In this document: in pieces, positions 1 through 8,607 of the stretch | Layout: the number at the start of each line of letters is the position of its first letter | How positions within the stretch are numbered: position 1 is the first letter of the stretch | NCBI GenBank assembly: GCA_963817895.1 | Contig: CAWFQB010000014.1 | Span: forward strand, 352,001-416,000 | DNA: 64,000 bases | Origin: an uncultured Chthonomonadaceae bacterium | Lineage (GTDB): Bacteria; Armatimonadota; Chthonomonadetes; Chthonomonadales; Chthonomonadaceae | Direction of reading: 5' to 3' | Translations under genes and position numbers: made by a program | Notes under the pieces: model-generated | What the model was told of the DNA's origin: nothing | The model's database searches: none | Seen by the model: only the letters and a program-made list of their open reading frames with translations

Positions 1-1230
1 CCACGCCCCCACCCTCGTGGTGGTGCCAGGTGGAACCTTCCTCAGTGTATGCTGGATCCATCTGAGTGGCTCGCCAATTCGCATATTTAAACTGCACCGA
101 ATCTTTCTGATGCCACATATCATTGTGAGTTACACCAGTATCTGGGTCCGTCCACTGTTGCGGCGTCTGAAACTCGATGGGTTCTCCTTGTGCATTGGTA
201 CGAACTACGCTGGAGAAGTCTGCGTATTTGCGCGGACCAAGCGGCGTATTCACAGTTGTGACTGGAATGTTGGGAACCAAATTTTGGTCTATCGCCTGTT
301 GCCTGATTTGCATCTGCTCCGAACGAGGAATGGTGTCAGAGTTGAAATGGTCAGCCCACCGCCAATCAGTGTCTGAGTTTACCATGTCCGCATAGCGTTG
401 AGCGCGCATCGGGCGCAGTCGCTCGTCGCGTTGTGCAGGTGTCTCATTCAGGGGTGCGCTTGCATCGCTTTGAGCAATGGCGTCGCGTTGTGCCTGTGTC
501 ATTGGGGGCGGGTCGCTCGACCGAGTCATGAACCGAGCATCAGCATCCGTGTTGCCGAAGCCTCTCCCCTCGGTTGCCCCCCCTGAGCCAAAGTTGTCAT
601 GGCCGACGATGTATCCGTGATCGTTGATGGGACTACCTGGTACTTCACCTGGAGGGAACACACCCTTATCGTTGAAGTGGGTAATATCGCCTGACCAGTC
701 AATAACGGCTTCGGGACGCGCTCCCTCAATTGCCCTTCCATTGGCGGTAGCCGCCTGTTTAGCGTTCACATCAATGCCGAAATGCCCGTGGTCGTCCTCG
801 TAGTTGCCTCGGTTAGTTACCTCAACCGGGTGTGTATGCGCTACCCACACCTCATTGTCGCCAAGAGATTTGGGGTTGAGTGACTCCTCGTTTCCCATTA
901 CGGCGCGCAGTTTACCGGTATTGACATCCTGCGCTACGCCGACTTCTTTGCCATACCATTTAGATGCTTGTGCCAAGTCGTCCGTGTGTACGCCGTTACC
1001 CAGCGGCGCTTCACCCGTTTCCAGCGCTTTCACCAACCGCTTGGCGCCGCCGTTCATTTCGTGGAACTGCATGTCCGACGAAAGGTTAGGGGCTTGCGTA
1101 TTGCGGGAGATCCCGCGCTCGTTCATAACGCCTTCCGGCAAGCCGCGCCTGGCTCCAAACAGGCGTTCGGCAGGTCCGGCGGCGAACGGCATCAACTGGC
1201 TGCCCGCTTCTTCACTTGCATACGCACCCA
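1..1230 (-). CDS. C-terminal toxin region of the PAAR effector (JAB/MPN-like domain followed by WHH-type HNH nuclease); runs off the window edge
   Basis: Not in the ORF track. Hand translation of the minus frame has no stop from ~1228 to position 2: GAYASEEAG...KEVGVAQD...EVWVAHTHP (~827-838)...RKYADFS...QFKYAN...GSTWHHHEGGGV (WHH at ~20-28). Continues the 1212..2051 ORF after a frameshift near 1228. Confidence 0.8.
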
Positions 1231-2051
1231 GAACTCCCTTTGCCAAAAATCTTCTCCCCTGCCCATCCGAATGCTGCCCCTCCGCCTTTGCTCAAGCCAT
1301 AGCCTGCGCCTCCCTTGAGCGCAACGATTCCGGCAGCCCGAACTGCCGCCAAGGTACGCGTTGTATTGGTAATCGCGGCGCCGGACGTTGCCGCGCGCGC
1401 CAATCCTTGCGCATATAAACCCGGCAACTCCCCTAATAGGCTGACGATGCACATGGCTCCGCCAATGATCTGCATCGCGTTCCCCACAACAATAGCGCTC
1501 TGCGCCAATTCCTCCAAGAGTTCCGGCACCTCGCTGTCAATGTGAGCGCAAGCGGCCATGCCGCCGCCAATAAAAACGTCAGGACTGCCCTTGCCAATTT
1601 CGAAATCACAAGTGCCGTGATCACTGACGCGCGATGCCATTTTCATGTTGATGAATACGCAGTCGCTGCCGGTTGCTACCATAGAGTTCGGCCCATGCTG
1701 ATTGCAGTCAACCTTGCTGCCGCAGGCAATTGCAGCAGGTATATTGTTAACGAAAACATCGTCGCTGCCCGTCAGGATGTTTCCACAGGGCGTTGTGTGC
1801 TTGCGTCCTTCTTCCTCTCCTTTGAAGAAACCATACCCAGCCATCGAAAGTACGCCGCCCTCAGAAGCAATCACTGTGCCTGCAATGGCAATCAAGGCCA
1901 GTGTGCCGGTTCCGGCAGTGGCTACTGTTAATGCAATCACGGCCGCCCCAATGACAGCGCCAATAAGAGCGCCCTCCAAAGCCCCCCAGAGGGCGGATGA
2001 GAGCGCCTCGCTATGTGTTACCTGATCTCCTACGCGCGCTGCTGCCGGCAC
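1212..2051 (-). CDS. prePAAR/TMD/PAAR effector, N-terminal part
   Basis: Starts MPAAARVGDQVTH (prePAAR AARxxDxxxH), then hydrophobic Gly/Ala helices, then a PAAR domain (ILTGSDDVFVNNIPAA...GSDCVFIN..ASRVSD..C...IGKGSPDVFIGG), then a second hydrophobic region. Directly downstream of the VgrG-like gene. Confidence 0.88.
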   Translation of the reverse strand: MPAAARVGDQVTHSEALSSALWGALEGALIGAVIGAAVIALTVATAGTGTLALIAIAGTVIASEGGVLSMAGYGFFKGEEEGRKHTTPCGNILTGSDDVFVNNIPAAIACGSKVDCNQHGPNSMVATGSDCVFINMKMASRVSDHGTCDFEIGKGSPDVFIGGGMAACAHIDSEVPELLEELAQSAIVVGNAMQIIGGAMCIVSLLGELPGLYAQGLARAATSGAAITNTTRTLAAVRAAGIVALKGGAGYGLSKGGGAAFGWAGEKIFGKGSSGCVCK

Positions 2052-2178
2052 GGTTCCACCTAATCCTAAATACGCGGCTTTAGCCTGAACTTCGACTTGG
2101 GTTAGACAACCTTACTGATTGTTTTTGTCTGCCCTATGACAGACAGCACAGTATTAAGAGGGACAACTGCGGTTAATC

Positions 2179-4015
2179 TTATTTCTCATCGCAGTTGAGG
2201 AGAATGACTTTGCCCTTGGCAACAATCGCATCCGTGGAGGTGAGGCCTACACCTGCGTTGCCGTCCACCGTAACATACTTTTCATCAGCTTTGACGTTCA
2301 CGCTCTGCTTGGCATGCAGTCCAATACTGCCTGTTTCCACCTGCGAGACAAAATTATTTTTAGCCTGCATAGCAATGTTCTCATCATCAGTCTTCAGCTC
2401 CATTACGTCACCAGATTGCGCCAACATCGTAATCTTTTTCGCTTGGATGTGCAAATGGTTTTGCGCATAAATAAGCATGTCGTTGCTGCCACGCAATTCC
2501 ACGCGGGTTCCATTTTTGTTGACGCTGATGTGCAGGCTATCGGCTTCGCTGCCGCCACTCAAGATGCTGACATGATGCCCGCCGCCATCCGTATGCGCTT
2601 CCAGAATGGTTTGACCTTTGTTCTTCATGCGAACTACTTCGTCCGCGCCTCGCGTCGTCATCGTCACTTCGTTGCCACTTGGCGTACTCCATCGTTTCGT
2701 GTGCTTGGGGTTGTTGGTGGTCTTCTGGCTGGTGTGGCGCACCGTTCCCAAGATCACCGCTTCGCTGTCCCAATCCCCTAAGAACTCTACCAGCACCCGC
2801 TCCCCCACTTCCGGCACACTGTAAAACCCGCTGTACGCGCTGGACTTCTTACCGCCGTCATGCCCGCCCCCATACGGCGTCACCTGATGCAGCCACGCCC
2901 GATCACCAGAAGGCTGCGGGTCCAGATGTTCCCACTCGAACTCCACCTGAATACGCCCCCTGCTGCAAAGGATCATGCTCGTTAGCCGTGACATTCGCCC
3001 ATAACGCGCGGCTCGGCCACTCAGGACGCTCTTTGTGCGGCGGAAGAGGTAGCGTCAAGGGTTGCAGCCACAACTCCTGTGTTCCCGTCGTTTGTTCCGG
3101 GTGTCCCACGATGCGCGTCTGGTGAATGAGATGCTGCTGACCCTCGAAAGAAACCACCTGCCCCGGTTGAAACGGCAGCACCATGCCTTCCAAGCGCAGG
3201 TAGTAGCCGCTGATGTCGTTGTGTCCCTTCGTGTTGCTCACGTTGCTGGTGATGTCGGGACGTTCGGGAGCCTGCATGTAATCGGCGGTGGTTCGGCTGA
3301 GTTGTCCTAAATGCTGGCTGGCCTGCTGACGCGCCAGAGCTGTTGGGCCGCTGCCGCCGCTCGGAGGTTCGGGCAGAGTATGCAGACTGCCGCCGAAACT
3401 CACTTCCGCCCACCCGAAGTTGATGTCGGGGAACGTTTCACTCGCTTCCTGTCCTCTGGCTCCTAACTGCACATCCCCGGTTCTGTCCACAACCGCGACA
3501 GGAACGCTCCACGCATGGCACATTCTTGCGAGGTACTGGTAGTCGGTTTCGAGGTACTGCAAACTCAGGGGAATGGGCTTGGCAAGATCGCCCGCGTTGA
3601 CGATCTTGAAGCGCGGTTCGGTTTTGGCGACCTGCTGCGCGATGTCAAGCAGGGTCGTGGCCTGAAACGCGCGATGGCGCGGCACAAGATCGGTACGCTT
3701 GCTGTAGCTGACGCAGGAGAGTGTCAGGCGCGAACTGTTGGCGTCGCGCTGACCCGACGTGTTCTCCACATACCCGTGAAAGCAGTTGAGCGCTTCCACC
3801 AGATCGTTGTCTTTCCAGTTCACGTCAACCGGGCAGTTGAGCGCTTTGCCCGCGAGCATGGCGGTCGGACGTTCGCCGTAGTGGTTGTGTTCCTGCCAGC
3901 GCCACGTCAGATGGGCGCGGGTATGCTCGTACAGATGGCGTTCCACCACCACTTCCGTCAGGAACTGGTGCGCCCCCAACTCCTCCATGCCTGCCACGTC
4001 TACCTGAAACGCCAT
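2179..4015 (-). CDS. vgrG: VgrG-like spike protein (gp27-like N-terminus, gp5 OB-fold, beta-repeat tail); frameshift near 2960
   Basis: ORF 2903..4015 has LQYLETDYQYLARM and ends ANVTANEHDPLQ. ORF 2179..2994 continues GRIQVEFEW...AWL..VTPYGG...GFYSVPEVGERVLVEF...VILG, typical phage-baseplate-V/VgrG motifs. Confidence 0.85.
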
Positions 4016-4159
4016 GATACTTCGTCCCGCTTCCCGTCGTCACGAACAAGAAGCCTTCGCAACTTCTGCAACATCTTCTAAAATCTATTTGTGATACAGC
4101 CGTTCGCCTCAAATGGAGCCGCGCTCAACATCAGACGCATTAGCGGTAAAAAGAGGAGT

Positions 4160-4642
4160 TCATCGCGACCACAACCTGCGCCGCCGCGATGAACTTCCCG
4201 ATACGAGGCGCGTTACGAGGGGTTCGGCTCGGACTTCGCCTGCCGCGACGGTGAGAATGTTCTTGCCGTCGTAATCCACGTTGTTATGCACCAGTGTGCC
4301 ACGAACCAGCAACTCAATGAAGTTGCCCTGATCCGTCTGGCTTCCCGACTGCGGCGGGAACTCCTTCTCCGTATAGCTCTGGATGTACGCCTTGTGCAGC
4401 GTCCACGTATGGTTGACCACGCGGGAACGATCCATCGTTTGCAGCTCGACGGTCTTGAAGCGGCCCGCGCTGTGCGGAGCCAGCGCCCACTCGGCGATCA
4501 TGGTGTCATGGTCGAGCGGCAGGCTGATGCGGAACTGCTGCACGGGAATCTGCATGGGTTCTTTCGCGTCGCCATGCGTGATCTCCACAGTGGCGTCTAA
4601 GACGCGGTTGATTTTGGTACCTTGAATGGTTAATCCGGGCAT
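4160..4642 (-). CDS. Hcp/TssD-like tail tube protein (putative)
   Basis: Start at ATG 4642 (MPGLTIQG) after GGAAAGGA. ~160 aa, beta-rich, with IAEWAL...FKTVELQTMD...HTWTLHKAYIQSYTE matching the tube pattern W...K.VEL....W.L..A.I.SY. Lies between the sheath-like gene and vgrG. Confidence 0.7.
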   Translation of the reverse strand: MPGLTIQGTKINRVLDATVEITHGDAKEPMQIPVQQFRISLPLDHDTMIAEWALAPHSAGRFKTVELQTMDRSRVVNHTWTLHKAYIQSYTEKEFPPQSGSQTDQGNFIELLVRGTLVHNNVDYDGKNILTVAAGEVRAEPLVTRLVSGSSSRRRRLWSR

Positions 4643-4807
4643 TGTTTCGTTTCCTTTCCAACCTTCACGGGTTGGCACTGTCCTCGAAACTGCACACGTC
4701 CGAGACATGGTTGCTACACTTCGAGCTGACAGAGTCCGTTGCTCGAAGAGAGGACAAGAGCGCAGGGTGGGAAGTTCCCGCGACTGCACATTGGTCGTCA
4801 GGTTTGC

Positions 4808-4928
4808 CGGTTTGCCTGTCGCACGGCAGGGTTTATTCTGCAAGCGAACAGGCTTGCGGCAAACCGTTGTGAATCCTGGGCGGTATCGGCTCGATAACCG
4901 CCCAGGCGCGGTGACGCCCCGTGGGGCG
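4808..4928. other. Cluster of stem-loops in the intergenic region between the sheath-like and tube genes
   Basis: cggtttgcc(4808)/ggcaaaccg(4866) stem enclosing two small hairpins; near-perfect hairpin cctgggcggtatcg-gct-cgataaccgcccagg (4875-4906); cgcccc-gt-ggggcg (4915-4928). Confidence 0.55.
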
Positions 4929-4952
4929 ACAGCTTTGCGTTCGGAACACAGG

Positions 4953-7602
4953 TCAGAAGTTGATGCGGAATTCATCAATCAGACCCTGCTCGAAGCCGAA
5001 CGCGACTTTGAACGAATTTCCGTTTTCCCGCTGCACGGTGAACTCGCTGCCCTCCTGCAATTTGCTGGGGAACGAGTTGACCAGTTTTTCCGGCGAGTAC
5101 CATTTGCCATCGCCATCCGCGTTGCGGGATTTTGGCGCCCATTTAATCAGATACTCCAGATGGCCGCGCAATTGCGCTTCCGCCTGCGCATTATCCGCCG
5201 GCCACGCGCCCCCGAAACCGAGTTCGTGCGCCGCCCGCAGCAGGCGGTTCAAGTAAACCTGCTGCCGGAACAGATGCAGATGCCGGTACGAAGTGGTTCC
5301 GTCCGCAAGATTCAGGCGGCGCATGGTGCGCGGCACGGACAGGAACGGCGAACGTCCCGATACGTGCGTGAACACCAGAAACGGCATATCCGGGTTCAGC
5401 AGGTTGCTCAACACGCCGTCATTAAGAAAGTGATCTGTCGGCAGATCAGTTTCGCCAAGGTAAGGGTTCGTGGCAAGGTCAATGCCGACGCCCGGCAGGT
5501 CCGCCCGCATGGACGTGACCTCCTTACGCGCATGTTGCAGTTTGCGCCGCACGTAATCGGGCACGTCGTTCGCCATCAGCCGCCCCGCCGCCACAAAACA
5601 CGAGCGCACCGTCAGTTCCGGCACGTCCACGCCGATTTCCACGCTGCCATCCGCGGTTTTGCCCGTAACCAGTTTGCCATCCGGCGGCATGATCATAAAA
5701 TCGGGTACGCACAACACGCAGCAGTCCGCCGATTCCTGCTCCACAACCTGGTCAATGGCATACGCATCGCTCAGGTTTTGGAAGAAGTCCCGTTGCGCGC
5801 GTCCCGCCCGAACCCGCTCTTCGGGCGAAAACAGGATTTGGAAGCCGTATTGCGCGCCCCAATCCATCAGTTCCAGCATCTCATCTTTATACGTGACGCG
5901 CCCGTACCCGTCCTGATCCTGTAGACCGGCTTCCTGCGCGGCCTCAATGGACGCCAGAATGGGGTCGTACAGCATAATGCTCTCCTGCTTCTTCTTTTTG
6001 GCAGGGCGGCTCTTGCGGAACTCCACGACATTGGGCACGATGACAAACGAAATGGCATCCCGGAACTGATTGGTCGCCTGCGCGCAAACGATGTCGAAGT
6101 AGCGCTTCAGTTCTTCGGGCCGGGTCAGGAATAGATCGGGCAGATCGGCATTGGCGATTACCAGTTCCGGCTTCATGCCTTCCGCCAGGCGCACATCGGA
6201 GGGAAATTCATTGAACAGCAGATACACGCCCATGATGGTTTCAAACAGCGGCGTGACGACTTTCAGGAAATCCCCGATGGCGTTGCTGTACACGCCCAGA
6301 AACATATCGTGGAAGTGATCTATTTCCTGCGCGTCCGGGTTCAGCAGAGCGCAGTTCTTTGGGATTTTGCAGCACGGTCGCCACCAGATTCCCCATCAAG
6401 CGGCTGAATCATGCCCCGGCTGACCATCTGATCCATAAACTTGCCGACCGCGATAGGAAACCGCTTCTCCTGCGGCACGAGGGAAATATCCTGATTGGCG
6501 ACTTTTGCGCCCTCCTCGCGGATTTTATCCAGCGCGCTGACAACAGAGCGTACGGCGATGTTCGGTTTGCCCTTGCTGCTGTCGTGGGCGGCTTTATCCC
6601 CGGTCTTGCTCAATGCTTCGTGATCTCCGGTTTTCGCCAGCGCGCCCTTGCTCTTTTCCCGCTTTGCCCTCTTCCTGTCCGGCTTCTATTTGCGGGGCGG
6701 TCAGGTTTATCGCCGGCGATACTTTTGCTGCCATTGTCCAACGCGGCCGGGGGCGCGACGGCTGTCGGCAGATGCTGCGGCGAAGCGATAAGCTGCTTGT
6801 TTTTGCCGAACTCTATCTGATAGACATTAAGGTCCATTTCGCCATGATGCTGGGAAGCCGTTTCAATTCCCGGCTGGTCTGTTCCAAACCATACACGACA
6901 GTCGGCAGCATGCGCACGCTGTCTTCCAGCGCGCCCTGAAACTCATCCGCCACGCCCTGATACGCTTCCAAGGCGCGAGCGGTATCTTTGGAGCCGGGGT
7001 TGCGCTTGGCTTCCAGCATCAGCCGGTCGTTTTTTACCTGCACATCTTCGGCCAGTTTGCGCATCAGCGTTCCGTTGGTTTTTTGGTTTGAACGCGAACA
7101 GCGAGGCATCCACATCCACGCGGAAGGTAGATACATCCTGCCGCACACGCTTTTTAATCAGGTCGGTAAAGCAGCGGATATAGGGGTGATCCGAGGTAAT
7201 GCGCACTTTTTGCCAGCTGCCCCACCCTCAAGGGAGAATTCCAGTCCAGGCGCGTTTGATCCCTGACTCTGCGCCATTTGCTTCCGAGCCGTCCTCTTCC
7301 TGTCCCTCAACGGCTCGCGGTCCGGCCACGCGGTAGTAAAATCCCGGCTGAAATTTGTCCAGAAACTCGCGGAAGGAGGTTACTGTCAGATTTTCGCGCA
7401 CTTCTGCGATAAACTGCTCTTCGGACGTGTCGTTGATACGCGCCAGCATAGTTTCCAGCGAAGGCGTCAGTTCGCGCTCTTCAAGGGGCAGTTCCGGGTC
7501 CAGATGCTCGTCCATGTTGACACGGGCGAATAGTATGGCGCGGTTGGTTTTCCCCAACATTTTGCGATTGGCTTCCAGAATAGTTTCATTCGTTATCGGC
7601 AT
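4953..7602 (-). CDS. Large divergent contractile sheath-like protein (~880 aa), broken by several frameshifts
   Basis: Overlapping or adjacent ORF pieces 7228..7611, 6943..7206/6813..7148, 6610..6837, 6341..6613 and 4953..6305. ATG 7602 preceded by AAGGA. C-terminal piece has sheath-like motifs LCVPDF...RSCFVAAGRLMAND (cf. PPSG..AG..A..D) and PRTM...YRHLHLFRQQVYLNRLL (cf. ARTL...WRY.NVRR...I). Confidence 0.6.
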
Positions 7603-7668
7603 AGCGGTCAATCCTTCACGAGACGATGCGACGACAAGAGCGCAAGAGAGCGCAAATCAGAACAGAGG

Positions 7669-8365
7669 TTAATGGCCTGATGTTGAGGCGAACAACCGGC
7701 CTAACACTTCAGCCAGCCAGAAGTAGCCAATCAGAAGTCCCACAACCAGGGCCACACCATAAAGCGCGTAGGGCAGCCAGGAAACACGGGGTCGCAGCAG
7801 CAAGCGAGCGCGGACGGGAAATTCATTCTCCGGGGCGTCTTCCCATCCGGGCCAACACCGCTCATCCGCCAGCGAACGATCATGCGCAATGTGCTTCCCC
7901 TTGTGCGTATGCAGGTTGAAACAGCCCGGACACTCCTCAGAAACCAGAAATCTCCGCAATGATTTCCCTGACCGGCGCTTCCGCATTGATGTAGATACGC
8001 TCGGATTTCGTTTTCAGCAGATTGGCCGGGTGGACTTGATAGTAGTCGCGCCGCAATACCAACGTAATTTCCTGAGACGCGCCTCCTAAATCAGCGGCCT
8101 GTGTCTGCAAGGTGGTGAGGAGCGCGTCCCGCCGCAGCATAACATCATTGAACCAGAAGTGCCGCGAAGCGCGTACCTTCTCCAGTGTTTTCCGTTCGCG
8201 AACGACTTCATTATGATTGACACAATCCTGATACAGTTCGGCAAAGTTTCGATGGGTCGGATAATTACGCATCCAGAACGTGCCCGCTTTGGGCAGTTCG
8301 GGGATACTGATGCGAATATCTACGGTTTGCTGAAGAGATTGTGTGTTTTTATCCAGTAACGCCAT
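7669..8365 (-). CDS. Hypothetical protein with putative ubiquitin-like (YukD/EsaB-like) domain(s) and C-terminal TM helix; frameshift near 7950
   Basis: ORF 7937..8365 joined to 7669..7986 gives ...ERIYINAEAPVREIIAE/FLVSEECPGCFNLHTHKGKHIAHDRSLADERCWPG...RARLLLRP (beta-grasp-like pattern), then the hydrophobic segment WLPYALYGVALVVGLLIGYFWL. Confidence 0.5.
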
Positions 8366-8607
8366 TGCTGCTGCTCGTTATTTTCTGCCCGTCTATAGTG
8401 TACTGGTTGCAGGCTGCGGAACCCGGAAATCCGGTTGGCCGTCTGCTGTGAAAAGCGGCAGAAACCATTCTCCTGCCGCCTATACCGGAAGAGGTATTTG
8501 CCCCCTGTAATGTTCCCGGTATATTTTCCTGCTTATTCGTTACCGCTAATAGACGAGACGATAAAAATCTATGTTCCATCAACAGGATAACTTTCTCCTG
8601 TCGGCTG

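Noticed and set aside
804..1418. 204-aa plus-strand ORF, and many similar long antisense ORFs such as 4626..5924 and 23972..25291
   Set aside because: They are shadows of motif-bearing genes on the opposite strand and have no recognisable features.
1212..2051. Rhs/YD-repeat toxin
   Set aside because: No YD repeats or DPxG Rhs core motif between PAAR and the toxin domains.
4643..4952. c-di-GMP-I riboswitch upstream of the tube gene
   Set aside because: GGCAAACC and ACGCAAAGC words occur on the sense strand but in the wrong order and spacing for the aptamer.
4643..4978. N-terminal 112 aa of ORF 4160..4978
   Set aside because: Overlaps the upstream gene and the hairpins; a strong RBS supports the start at 4642.
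2179..7602. Prophage tail region
   Set aside because: No capsid, terminase, portal, tape-measure or integrase gene in the window, and the spike is followed by a toxin-bearing PAAR.
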